Origin: an uncultured delta proteobacterium
Lineage (GTDB): Bacteria; Desulfobacterota; Binatia; UBA9968
Assembly (NCBI GenBank): GCA_963847445.1
Contig: CAWJZV010000035.1
Span: forward strand, 1 to 17,021
DNA: 17,021 nucleotides
Reading direction: 5' to 3'
Translations under genes and position numbers: made by a program
Notes under the pieces: generated by a model
Told to the model about the DNA's origin: nothing
Database searches by the model: none
The model's input: only the letters and a program-made list of their open reading frames with translations
Shown: piece after piece, positions 1 through 9,343 of the stretch
How the letters are laid out: every line of letters starts with the position of its first letter
Position numbering within the stretch: the stretch's first letter is position 1

Positions 1-19
1 TCTTCAACGATTTGAACCC

Positions 20-877
20 GTGAATCCTATGGGTCGACGCCATCCAGATTGGATCAAAGTCAAAGCGCCAGGTAATCCCGCCTACCTGCGGCTAAAGAAA
101 TTAATGCGCGAGAAAAAACTCCACACCGTGTGTGAGGAAGCGCGCTGTCCGAACATCGGCGAATGCTGGGGCAACAAGACCGCGACCTTTTTGATTCTTG
201 GCGACACCTGCACTCGCGGCTGCCGCTTCTGCGCGATCGACAAAGGCAAACCGTTGGCGCTTGACCCCGAAGAACCGCGCAACGTCGGCCTCACGGTCAA
301 AGAATTGGGCTTGGACCACATCGTGGTCACATCGGTCAATCGCGACGATCTCCCCGATGGCGGAGCCAATCATTTCGCCAAGACGGTCTTTTGGATCAAG
401 AATTTGAATCCAGGAATTCGCGTCGAGTTGTTAATTCCCGACTTCGAGGGCAATCTCGATGCGCTCGAGACCGTGGTCAGTTCCGGTATTGAGATTTTGA
501 ATCATAATATTGAAACCGTGCCGCGATTATACGGCAAAGTCCGGCCGGGTCACACTTATAAATGTTCGGTGAACCTATTGAAGACCGCCAAAGAACTGCG
601 ACCGGAAGTTCTTACCAAGACCGGCATGATGTTGGGCGTCGGCGAAACCAAAGAAGAAGTAACGACGACTCTGCACGAACTGAAAGCAAACAATGTCGAT
701 ATCATTACGTTAGGACAGTACTTGCAGCCATCGCCCAAGCTACTCAAAGTCGAGCGCTATCTCCATCCAGACGAATTCAAGGAATTCAAAACCGAGGCCG
801 ACAAGCTCGGCTTTCGCCATGTCGAATCAGGCCCGCTCGTGCGCAGTTCTTATCACGCCTGGAGCCACGTGAATTAG
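20..877 (+). CDS. lipA: Lipoyl synthase (radical SAM)
   Basis: Auxiliary-cluster motif CEEARCPNIGEC (CX4CX5C), radical SAM motif CTRGCRFC, NHNIETV, GQYLQP and C-terminal RSSY. The start could be GTG 20 or ATG 29. Confidence 0.97.
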   Translation: MNPMGRRHPDWIKVKAPGNPAYLRLKKLMREKKLHTVCEEARCPNIGECWGNKTATFLILGDTCTRGCRFCAIDKGKPLALDPEEPRNVGLTVKELGLDHIVVTSVNRDDLPDGGANHFAKTVFWIKNLNPGIRVELLIPDFEGNLDALETVVSSGIEILNHNIETVPRLYGKVRPGHTYKCSVNLLKTAKELRPEVLTKTGMMLGVGETKEEVTTTLHELKANNVDIITLGQYLQPSPKLLKVERYLHPDEFKEFKTEADKLGFRHVESGPLVRSSYHAWSHVN

Positions 878-879
878 TC

Positions 880-943
880 GTCGAGGATAGACGATCGATG
901 ATCGCATCTCGCCATCCTCGACCTTCCATCCTCTATCTTCGAC
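880..943. repeat. Imperfect hairpin made of degenerate 7-mer repeats between convergent genes; possible bidirectional terminator
   Basis: GTCGAGGATAGA (880-891) pairs with TCTATCTTCGAC (932-943) with one G-U pair. The right arm is CCATCCT-CGACCTT-CCATCCT-CTATCTT. Confidence 0.55.
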
Positions 944-953
944 CAATCTATTT

Positions 954-2296
954 TTAACCCTCAGCCATCTTTTTAGAAAGCCACCTCGCTGTGCGCAGCA
1001 GCCGCGCATCACCTGCCGCGCGGCCCAACGAGTTGCACTCCAATGGGCAGGCCATCAATGCTTTGAAGTAGCGGCAAGGTAATGCACGGCATGCCGCACA
1101 GCGTCCACAAGGTGCAAAACGCAGGATCGCCGGTCGACGACAGTCCTTTCGGCGCCGCGCTCGGCGCCGCCGGCGTCAGGATCGCGTCGTAGCGTTGCTC
1201 GAACAGCTCGACGAAACTGTCGTGCATCGGCGCGATCTGTTTGAGCGCCCGTTGGTAATCCACCGCGCGCACTTCACGGCCGCGCTCGATCTGCGCGCGC
1301 AGTTGTTCGGATAGCAGCGCCCGGCTGTTTTGCCATTCTCGTTCGAAGTTGTGGGCGACCTCGGCGCCCATGATCGTCTGGTGCCATTGCCATGCGTCAT
1401 GGGCCGACGGGAACAGTTCTACTTCTTCCGCTTGCGCGCCCAACTGCTCGACGATCTCGGCGAACCCTTCTTTGGTTTCCTCATCGGCTCCGTTGCCACA
1501 TCGGCGTCTTGATAAAAGCGAACATCGGCGCCAGCGGCGGCTCTTCGGCGGAAATAGCGGTAAACGGAATCCGCGCCCGCGGCTGGGTGTCGGGATCGTT
1601 CTCATCGTAGGCGACCAACTGCTCGGCGAGGAGCGCGATGTCGTCAATGGTCCGGGCGAACAAGCCGACATGGTCGAGGGTGCGCGAAAGCGGCGAAGCA
1701 CGATGGCGCGAAATCAAACCATGAGTGGGCTTGAAACCGACGACGCCGCAGTAAGCCGCGGGCCGAATCGTCGACCCGGCGGTCTGGCTGCCGATGGCGA
1801 GCGGCACCATGTGCGCCGCCACCGCCGCCGCCGAACCGCTCGACGAGCCGCCAGGCGTATGCTCTCGGTTATGCGGGTTGCGGGTTTTCCCAGGGTTTAG
1901 AAAGGCAAACTCAGTCGTCACCGCTTTGCCCATGATCACCGCCCCGGCACCACGCAGCAAAGCCACCGCGGTGGCATCGCGCGACGGCGTGCGCCCGGCG
2001 TGAATCGGCGAACCGTACTCCGTCGGCATGTCGGCCGTGTCGAAAATATCCTTGATGGCGATGGGAACACCGTGCAACGGCCCGGTCGGCTTGCCTTCGA
2101 GACGATGTTGATCGAGAGCGCGCGCTTGCGTCAGCGCATACTCCGGATCGAGAAATGCCCAGGCTTGAATGTTGTCATCGACGGCATGGATATGCGTCAA
2201 ACAGGCTTCGACCAGTTGCTCCGAACTGATCACGCCGTCGCGAATCAGCCGCGCGCCTTCGGAGGCGGAGACCAGGTGGAGATCGCTTAGATCCAT
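954..2296 (-). CDS. Amidase-signature family enzyme with two +1 frameshifts (about 1489 and 1014), probably sequencing errors
   Basis: GVPIAIKD (Lys), TPGGSSSGS and GSQTAGSTIRPA give the Ser-cisSer-Lys triad. Removing one base near 1489 joins KTPMWQR to ADEETKEGF. Removing one near 1014 extends GLPIGVQLVGPRG into xDARLLRTARWLSKKMAEG* (TAA 954-956). ATG 2296 is preferred because the ORF-track start at 2347 runs through a REP palindrome. Confidence 0.88.
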
Positions 2297-2313
2297 CGTA
2301 GTAATTGCGGCTT

Positions 2314-2341
2314 GTAGGGGCGATTCATGAATCGCCCCTAC
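2314..2341. repeat. GTAG-type REP-like perfect 28-bp palindrome
   Basis: GTAGGGGCGATTCA|TGAATCGCCCCTAC is its own reverse complement and has GTAG/CTAC ends. Confidence 0.85.
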
Positions 2342-2353
2342 TTTCAAACCAAG

Positions 2354-4444
2354 TCAGTTTCCGTATAAGAACTCCGGCAGCCACAAGGTCATGCCCGGCC
2401 AGGCGTACATGCAAATGAGACAGAGAACGACGATCAGCATATACGGCATCATGCCGGCAAATATTTGGTTGAGCGTGACATGCTTGGGCGACACGCCTTT
2501 CAAGTAAAAAGCCGACATCGCCACCGGCGGCGATAAAAATGCCGCCTGCAGATTGACCGCGACCATGGTGCCGAAAAGAATCGGGTCGACATTAAAATGG
2601 CCGAGCAGCGGAACAAAGATCGGACAGAAAATGACGATGATCTCGGTCCACTCCAGCGGCCAGCCGAGCAGAAAAATAATCATCTGCGAAACAAAAAGAA
2701 AGCCGAGCGGCGAGAGATTCATGCCGAGCACCCAGCGTTCGATCAATCCCTGGCCGCCGTGCAACGCGAACACGCTGGAGAACAGCGCCGAGCCGATAAA
2801 TAGCCAACAGACCATCGCCGTGGTCTTGGCGGTAAGAAATACCGCTTCCTGAAGATTACGGCGCAGCTCGCTAGACTTCGGCAAGTAGTGCGCCAGCGGT
2901 ACCACGGTGCCGAGAAAAACCGCGCCGAGCGAACTCGAAACCACGAGCGCGGCGATGTCGCCTCGGGGAATGCCGAGTGCGACGCCAATAACGCCCCCGG
3001 CCAAGCTCCACCAGCCGCAACTCCGTGGATATTTCACCAGCACGGCCAAATAGAGCGCGCCCAAGGCGCCCACAGCTGCCGACTCGGTGGCGGTGCAGAT
3101 ACCCAGGAGAATCACGGCCAGCACGATGATCGTGAGCACGCCCAGGGGAACCACTGAAATGGCCAGTTCTTTGAGGATCTCGAACTGTTCGCCGTCCATG
3201 CGCCGGTAATACAACGCCAACAAGAGCGCCGAAAACACAGCGAAACTCCAAAACCAGGGGTAAAAATTTTCCGGCACCTTGCCCGCGGCTGCGGTGGCCG
3301 ACGACTCTGCAAGAGTGCCCATTTCTTGCGGCGGAGCGTCCGCCGGAGTGGACGGTTCGGTCGGTTGCACTGTGGTTTCCGCCTGGCCCAATTCCGTTGC
3401 CTGCTCTTCGACGCTAGTCAATTCTTGCGGCTTATCGGTAGAGCTGCCAAGCTCTTGCGGTTTCTCCACCGGCGCTGGTGCCGATTGCGCGGGCGATCGG
3501 ACTTCCGGTGCCGTTTGCGATTTGGCGACTGCCGCCGCTGCCGGCGCGTTATGAATAACCACATACCACCAGGTACCGGTGAAGGTTCCCAACATGAGCG
3601 CCAGCGGCACCATCAACGCGACAAAATTATTGACAATATGACCATAGCCAAGAGGTTTTCCGTCTGCCGTCTTGGCGTCACGCAGCAACCCCGGCCGCAC
3701 CAGCAGGGTGATGAGATTGCCAAACACCCGTTTCGACGGGCCATGTTCGAGGCGCTGGAGCCAATCCGGCACTTTTAGGCGATACTGGTCGGGTGGCAAT
3801 TTGGGCGCGATCTTGGGATCGATGATCGCCCAACCGAGAATGTAGACGAGATAGAGAAAGGTCAGAAAGAATCCCGGCAGCATCGCCGCGGCGTAAAGTT
3901 TGACGATCGACTGGCCGGCAACGGCGGCATAAACGATCAGCATCACCGACGGCGGAATGAGAATGCCGAGGGTGCCGCCGGCGGTAATCGCGCCGGCCGC
4001 CAAGCGCACATCGTAGCCGGCATTGAGCATCGGCCGCATGGCGATGACGCCCATCAAAACGACGACCGCGCCGACGATGCCGGAAGCGATGCCCCAGAAA
4101 GCGCAGACGAGTAATGTAGTAACCGCGAGCGACGCCGGCACGCGGCGAAATGCCAACTGGACGCTGTGAAACATCCGGTCGACCAACGCCGCTCGCTCCA
4201 TGACGTAACCCATAAAAACAAACAACGGCACCGACAGCAGCGTGTCATTGACCATGACGCCGTAGGTACGTTGGACCATCAGGTCAAATATTCGGTTCTG
4301 CCACCAGTGTTGGCTCGGGTCCCAGAAGGCCAGGGCGCCAAAAATCATCCCAAGGCCCATGAGTGTGAACGCGGTAGGGAAGCCCATCATGATCGCGCCG
4401 ACGATGAGGCCGAGCATGGTCAATCCGAGGATCGGATCGCTCAT
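2354..4444 (-). CDS. dctM: TRAP transporter large permease subunit (DctM family) with large internal insertions
   Basis: GFPTAFTL, LLSVPLFVFMG, GGTLGILIPPSVMLIVY, TATESAAVGA and AFLSPPVAMSAFYLKG. Many TM helices. ATGA overlap with dctQ. Confidence 0.93.
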   Translation of the reverse strand: MSDPILGLTMLGLIVGAIMMGFPTAFTLMGLGMIFGALAFWDPSQHWWQNRIFDLMVQRTYGVMVNDTLLSVPLFVFMGYVMERAALVDRMFHSVQLAFRRVPASLAVTTLLVCAFWGIASGIVGAVVVLMGVIAMRPMLNAGYDVRLAAGAITAGGTLGILIPPSVMLIVYAAVAGQSIVKLYAAAMLPGFFLTFLYLVYILGWAIIDPKIAPKLPPDQYRLKVPDWLQRLEHGPSKRVFGNLITLLVRPGLLRDAKTADGKPLGYGHIVNNFVALMVPLALMLGTFTGTWWYVVIHNAPAAAAVAKSQTAPEVRSPAQSAPAPVEKPQELGSSTDKPQELTSVEEQATELGQAETTVQPTEPSTPADAPPQEMGTLAESSATAAAGKVPENFYPWFWSFAVFSALLLALYYRRMDGEQFEILKELAISVVPLGVLTIIVLAVILLGICTATESAAVGALGALYLAVLVKYPRSCGWWSLAGGVIGVALGIPRGDIAALVVSSSLGAVFLGTVVPLAHYLPKSSELRRNLQEAVFLTAKTTAMVCWLFIGSALFSSVFALHGGQGLIERWVLGMNLSPLGFLFVSQMIIFLLGWPLEWTEIIVIFCPIFVPLLGHFNVDPILFGTMVAVNLQAAFLSPPVAMSAFYLKGVSPKHVTLNQIFAGMMPYMLIVVLCLICMYAWPGMTLWLPEFLYGN

Positions 4445-5127
4445 GGCTTCTTTTCTTCCTCGGCGTCAGTGACGCTCACCGCGCTGCGATGGCGCGCCGC
4501 GTCGTCGATGGCATGGGCCGACTTCATGGTCGCCAGTCGTGACTCTTCGTCGATGAATTCGCTATGCGCGAGCTGAGTTTCGATGACGTCGATTTCTTCC
4601 ACATCGTCCAGCCGGGCCGGCCAAGCGCCGGTGCGGATGCAGACGACACAGCGGACGATCTCGGCCAGTCCTTGGAGCATCACCAGCGCGCCGGCGACTG
4701 GGATCACCGACTTAAAATGATAGATGGGCGGCCCATCCGCGGTGACGGTCGAGTGCTCGCCGATGCGCCACGATTCGGCGGCGTAGCCGTATCCGGCGTA
4801 GATCAGCGCGAGGATGCCGGGGACGAAGAACAGCAGGTATAAAGCCAGGTCGAGGGCCGCCTGGCTGCGCGGCTTGAGGTATATATAGACGAAATCGGCG
4901 CGCACATGACCGGCGAGCGCCAGCGTATAAGCGCCGCACATCATGAACAGCGTGCCGTAGAGCATGTTGTTCAAGTCGTAGATCCAAGCGGTCGGCGCAT
5001 TCAAGATATAGCGCTTGAAGACTTCCACGGCGATCACGAACGTCGCCGCAACGATCAACCAAGCAAAGGTCTTGCCGACCCAGTAACTGATTTGATCGAC
5101 GATGCGCAGCAGCGATTGAGCCTTCAT
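4441..5127 (-). CDS. dctQ: TRAP transporter small permease subunit (DctQ family)
   Basis: Four TM segments, EVFKRYILNAPTAW and GAYTL..GHVRADF. It lies between the binding protein and the large permease. Confidence 0.93.
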   Translation of the reverse strand: MKAQSLLRIVDQISYWVGKTFAWLIVAATFVIAVEVFKRYILNAPTAWIYDLNNMLYGTLFMMCGAYTLALAGHVRADFVYIYLKPRSQAALDLALYLLFFVPGILALIYAGYGYAAESWRIGEHSTVTADGPPIYHFKSVIPVAGALVMLQGLAEIVRCVVCIRTGAWPARLDDVEEIDVIETQLAHSEFIDEESRLATMKSAHAIDDAARHRSAVSVTDAEEEKKP

Positions 5128-5135
5128 GGGGGGAT

Positions 5136-5170
5136 AAAAAAACAGCCATCCGGTCGATCCCGGATGGCTG
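5136..5170 (-). terminator. Intrinsic terminator-like hairpin between dctP and dctQ
   Basis: 11-bp stem CAGCCATCCGG (5143-5153) / CCGGATGGCTG (5160-5170) with a 6-nt loop, followed on the minus strand by T7 (5142-5136). Confidence 0.75.
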
Positions 5171-5197
5171 GCGATAAAGCAAAACTGCGCGGTGCGA

Positions 5198-6370
5198 TTA
5201 ACCTTTCTTGGCCGCAGGGGCCGCGGGTCTGGCAGCCGCTTTGGCGAAGTAATGATTGTACGCCATGCGCCGCTGCACGTTGGTGTCGAGATCCCATTTG
5301 ACCGCGCGCTCGGCGAAATGGCGCTGCGACTCGGCGATCTCCTTGAACAATGGATTGTCAGCCGATTTCTTCGCCGCCGCCGCGTCGTAGGCGTTGAGTT
5401 GTCCCTGCAGCAGCGTATCCGGCGTTTTGTAGAACCTGACTTTGTCCTTGGTCTGCATTTCCATGTAGTCTTTCGAATAGCGATCGATCGCCTTCCACGA
5501 CATATCCTGCGAGGACGCCTCGACAGCGTACTCGATAGTCGACTTCATCTTCGCCGGCAAAGCATCGTATTTCGTCTTGTTGAACATGATCTCAAACTGC
5601 TCGGCGTTCTGGTGATAGCTTTGCAGCATGCAGACTTTGGAGACATCCGGAAAGCCAAGGATGCGGTCGGAGGAAGCGTTGTTGAACTCGGCGGCGTCAA
5701 GTAGGCCACGGTCCATCGCCGGGACGATTTCGCCGCCCGGCAAAGCGTTCACCGCCGCGCCCATGCCGGTAAACACGTCAATAGAGATACCGACAGTGCG
5801 GAATTTGAGACCCTTGAAGTCATCCGCCTTCTGAATCGGTTTCTTAAACCAACCGAGGGGCTGCGTCGGCATCGGACCGTAAGGGAAGGATACGACATTG
5901 GCGCCGATGGAAGCGTAGAGCTTGGTGAGCAGCTCCTTGCCGCCGCCATACTTGTGCCACGAGAGCAGCATGTTGGCATCCATGCCATACGCCGGACCTG
6001 AACCCCATAACGCCAGCGCCGTCTGTTTACCGTAATGATAGACGAGCACGCCGTGGCCGCCGTCGAGAGTGCCCTTTGAAACCGCGTCGAGCAGGCCGAA
6101 GGCCGGCACCACGGCGCCGGCAGGCAAAACTTCGATCTTCAATTCGCCGCCGGTCATGTCGTTAATCTTCTTGGCGAAGTCATTGGCGTACTCGTGAAAG
6201 ATGTCCTTTGCCGGCCAGGTGCTCTGCCAACGCATCGAGGTCACACCCTGAGATTTGACGATGTTGGGAAAGCCCAACACCGCCGCGCCGCCGGCAGCAA
6301 TTGCCGCTTTCAAAACATTGCGCCGCGACACCTTCGTGGTTTCCAGCTTCTCAGCGTTCTCTTGAGTCAT
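5198..6370 (-). CDS. dctP: TRAP substrate-binding protein (DctP, TakP-like keto/hydroxy-acid group) with a Tat signal
   Basis: SRRNVLK twin-arginine motif plus hydrophobic stretch, ELKIEVLPAGAVV, GWFKKPI, GLKFR, LPGGEIVPAMDRGLLDAAEF. GAGGGAGG SD-like sequence upstream. Confidence 0.93.
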   Translation of the reverse strand: MTQENAEKLETTKVSRRNVLKAAIAAGGAAVLGFPNIVKSQGVTSMRWQSTWPAKDIFHEYANDFAKKINDMTGGELKIEVLPAGAVVPAFGLLDAVSKGTLDGGHGVLVYHYGKQTALALWGSGPAYGMDANMLLSWHKYGGGKELLTKLYASIGANVVSFPYGPMPTQPLGWFKKPIQKADDFKGLKFRTVGISIDVFTGMGAAVNALPGGEIVPAMDRGLLDAAEFNNASSDRILGFPDVSKVCMLQSYHQNAEQFEIMFNKTKYDALPAKMKSTIEYAVEASSQDMSWKAIDRYSKDYMEMQTKDKVRFYKTPDTLLQGQLNAYDAAAAKKSADNPLFKEIAESQRHFAERAVKWDLDTNVQRRMAYNHYFAKAAARPAAPAAKKG

Positions 6371-6411
6371 GCGATTCCCTCCCTCGGGATTTGTGACGGA
6401 TTAGCTTTCCG

Positions 6412-6440
6412 CTTATATACACTTCGTCAATTGGCGTCAA
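6412..6440 (-). promoter_or_regulatory. Putative sigma70 promoter of the TRAP operon
   Basis: Minus strand TTGACG (6440-6435), 17 nt, TATAAG (6417-6412). Confidence 0.6.
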
Positions 6441-6470
6441 TGTCAATCCCTACCGTCTTCGCCCGGCAGG

Positions 6471-6500
6471 TTGACACATACTTCTCCACTCCGCTACGCT
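6471..6500 (+). promoter_or_regulatory. Putative sigma70 promoter of glcD, possibly leaderless
   Basis: TTGACA (6471-6476), 18 nt, TACGCT (6495-6500), 7 nt, then GTG. No SD sequence. Confidence 0.55.
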
Positions 6501-6507
6501 CCTGGCC

Positions 6508-7944
6508 GTGACCCATGAGCATCTAATCGGCGAACTGCGCGCCATCGTCGGCCGACCCTACGTCTTAATCGACAGAGAAGACGTCATCGTCTACGAACAG
6601 GACGGTTCGATCTTCCAGGTGATGCCGGAGATCGTCGTCGTACCGGCCAACGTCGAAGAAGTTTCAGCGGTGGTCAAAGCGGCGCAGCGCGCCAATGTGC
6701 CGATCGTGCCGCGCGGCTCGGGCACTGGCCTAGCCGGCGGCGCGGTGCCGGCCGAGGGCGGCATCATCCTATCGCTCACCCGTTTCGATCGTATCCTGAA
6801 GATCGATCTGGAGAATCGTCTCGCCTTGGTCGAACCCGGCGTCATCAATCTCGATGTCACCAAGGCCGTCGCCAAGGACGGGTTTTTCTACGCCCCCGAC
6901 CCAAGCAGCCAGGCCGCTTGTTCCATCGGCGGCAACGTGGCGAACAACTCCGGCGGGCCGCACACACTGGCCTACGGCGTCACCACCAATCATGTGCTGG
7001 GCGTCGAAGTCGTCCTCGACGATGGTGAAATCGTCTGGCTGGGCGGCGAAGTTGCCGACACGCCGGGCTACGATCTCTGCGGTGTTTTCGTCGGCTCCGA
7101 AGGCACCATGGGCATCGTCACGAAAATCGCCGTCAAGCTCATGCCGGGTCGCGAGTCTGTGCGCACCCTGCTCGCGATCTTCGACGACATGGACAACGCC
7201 ACCAAAACCGTCGTCGATATTACCTCCGAAGGAATTATTCCGGCGGCGCTGGAAATCATGGACCACACCGCCATCGAAGCGGTCGAGCGCGGCGCGCCGG
7301 TGGGCTTTCCGCGCGACGCCGCGGCGGTGTTGATCGTCGAAGTCGAAGGACTGAGCGAACATACCGAACTGTCGATACATCTGGCCAGCGAAGTTTGCCA
7401 ACGCAACGGCGCCCGCGAAGTGCGCGTCGCCAAGGATGAAGCCCAACGGCAGCTGTTATGGAAAGGCCGCAAAGGCGCCTTCGGCGCCATGGGCACATTG
7501 GCGCCCAATTATTACGTCCAAGACGGCGTCGTGCCGCGCAGCCAGTTACCCGAGATGATGCGCCGCGTTGCGGCCATCGGCAAAGAATTTAACTTAACCA
7601 TCGCCAACGTGTTTCATGCCGGCGACGGCAATCTGCACCCGAATATTTTGTTCGACATGCGCAAACCCGGCGAGTTGGAGCGCGTCATCGAAGCCGGCGC
7701 CGCGACCCTGCGCGCCTGCGTCGAACTGGGCGGCAGCATCACCGGCGAACATGGCGTCGGCATGGAAAAAAAGGCCTACATCGGCTTGCTGTTCAACGAC
7801 GCCGATCTCGCCGCCATGACCCGCGTGCGTCACGCTTTCGACCCCGACGGCCGCTTCAATCCGGCGAAATTGTTTCCGACCCCGGCCAGTTGCGGCGAAG
7901 TGCGGTTAGAACCGGCAAAGATTCCGGCCGGTTTGTGGATATGA
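6508..7944 (+). CDS. glcD: FAD-linked glycolate/2-hydroxyacid oxidase subunit, GlcD-like
   Basis: PRGSGTGLAGGA, PDPSSQAACSIGGNVANNSGG, GSEGTMG, VFHAGDGNLHPNI and GSITGEHGVGMEK. Confidence 0.9.
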   Translation: MTHEHLIGELRAIVGRPYVLIDREDVIVYEQDGSIFQVMPEIVVVPANVEEVSAVVKAAQRANVPIVPRGSGTGLAGGAVPAEGGIILSLTRFDRILKIDLENRLALVEPGVINLDVTKAVAKDGFFYAPDPSSQAACSIGGNVANNSGGPHTLAYGVTTNHVLGVEVVLDDGEIVWLGGEVADTPGYDLCGVFVGSEGTMGIVTKIAVKLMPGRESVRTLLAIFDDMDNATKTVVDITSEGIIPAALEIMDHTAIEAVERGAPVGFPRDAAAVLIVEVEGLSEHTELSIHLASEVCQRNGAREVRVAKDEAQRQLLWKGRKGAFGAMGTLAPNYYVQDGVVPRSQLPEMMRRVAAIGKEFNLTIANVFHAGDGNLHPNILFDMRKPGELERVIEAGAATLRACVELGGSITGEHGVGMEKKAYIGLLFNDADLAAMTRVRHAFDPDGRFNPAKLFPTPASCGEVRLEPAKIPAGLWI

Positions 7945-7952
7945 CTGAATAC

Positions 7953-8021
7953 GTTTCGGGTTTTGGGTTAGCTGTTTCGGGTTAACTCAGTACTCGCCCT
8001 CTCCGACACGAAACGCGGAAC
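7953..8021. repeat. Degenerate 7-mer tandem array with an inverted counterpart
   Basis: GTTTCGG-GTTTTGG-GTTAGCT-GTTTCGG (7953-7980) and the mirror units ACGAAAC-GCGGAAC (8008-8021). Confidence 0.5.
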
Positions 8022-8036
8022 TATTAAAGGTCGCAC

Positions 8037-9343
8037 TTGGAACATACCCATCACACCCCTGATACCGGGAATAAACCGCGAATCGCCACTCTCGATCTTG
8101 CCGAACTCTACCAATGCGTTCACTGCGGCCTGTGTTTAAACCAGTGTCCGACCTACCGCGTCACTCGTCTCGAGGCGGAATCGCCGCGCGGCAGAATCCA
8201 TCTGGTCAAAGCTGCCGCCGACGGGCGCATCGAGTTGAACGATCGCTTCAAAGAGCATCTGCAACTTTGTCTGCTCTGCCGCGCCTGCGAGTCCGCTTGT
8301 CCCTCCGGCGTGCAGTATGGCCGCATCGCCGAAACCGCCCGCGAACATATCGGCCCGCCGGGGTCGCCGGCGGCCAAAGCGCTGTTGAACTTCGTCTTCA
8401 CGCAGATATTGCCCCACACCGCAAGGTTAAAACTGGCGTTCACGCTTTTGCGCCTGTACCAGCGCACCGGCCTGCAGAAACTTCTACGGCTGTTCATGCC
8501 GGCAAAGCTGCGCGCTATGGATGCCATGCTGCCGGCGATCCCGTCCAAGTTTTTTCAGCCGGCGGCGAACATTCTGCCCGCCATCGGTCCGCGCCGCGCC
8601 CGCGTCGCCGTGCTCAACGGCTGCGTCATGCCGCTGCTCTTCGGCGACGTTAACGACGCCACTGTGCGGGTGCTGCGGCGCAGCGGCTGCGATGTAATAT
8701 TTCCCGCTCAACAAGTCTGCTGCGGCGCCTTGAACATTCACAACGGCGAACAAGCAGTCGCTAAGCAGATGGCTCGGCGTAATATCGACGCGTTTCTAGA
8801 AGTCGGCTGTCGATGCCATTGTCGTCAATGCCGCGGGCTGCGGCGCGGCGATGAAGGAATATGACTTTCTCCTGCGTGACGATACTGACTATGCCGAAAA
8901 GGCCAAGCGCTTCACCGCCCTGGTCAAAGACGCCGGCGAATTTCTCGCCGGCCTCGGTCTGGTCGGCGCATTGCAGCCGATAAACCTGACCGTCACCTAC
9001 CAAGACCCCTGCCACCTCGCCCATGGCCAAAAGATTCGCCGCCAACCGCGAGAGTTACTGCAAGCGATCCCCGGACTGAAATTAGTTGAAATGGACGGCA
9101 GCGACCGCTGCTGTGGCAGCGCCGGCATTTATAACCTCACCCACGCCAGCATGTCGCAACAGCTTCTTAAGGAAAAAATGCAGGCCGTCGGCGCGGCCAA
9201 TGCCGACGCGGTAGTCGCGCCCAATCCCGGCTGCATGCTCCAACTGCGCTACGGCGGCGCAAAACTACGGACCGAATCTACCGGTGTATCATTTGATGGA
9301 TCTGCTCGACCGCGCCTACGGCGAGGCGCCGGTAAAGCCATGA
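8037..9343 (+). CDS. glcF: Glycolate oxidase Fe-S subunit, GlcF-like, with two +1 frameshifts (about 8806-8808 and 9256)
   Basis: Two CxxCxxCxxxCP motifs (CVHCGLCLNQCP, CLLCRACESACP), CCG domains (QVCCGAL, RCCGSAGIYN), TYQDPCHLAHGQ and NPGC. The shifted frames restore VDAIVVNAAGCGAAMKEY and QNYGPNLPVYHLMDLLDRAY...* (TGA 9341-9343). Confidence 0.88.

Noticed and set aside
1-23. Possible 3' end of an upstream gene (FNDLNP*, GTGA overlap with lipA)
   Set aside because: Only a few codons are visible, so it cannot be identified.
954-2296. Calling the amidase gatA
   Set aside because: No gatC or gatB neighbours. It has TTEFA and GSQTAGS rather than the GatA-typical MDEFAM and GSDTGGS.
5192-7833. 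Long antisense or alternate-frame ORFs (for example 5192..5704, 6769..7446, 6854..7333)
   Set aside because: They overlap well-supported genes, have no motifs, and are expected shadows in GC-rich DNA.
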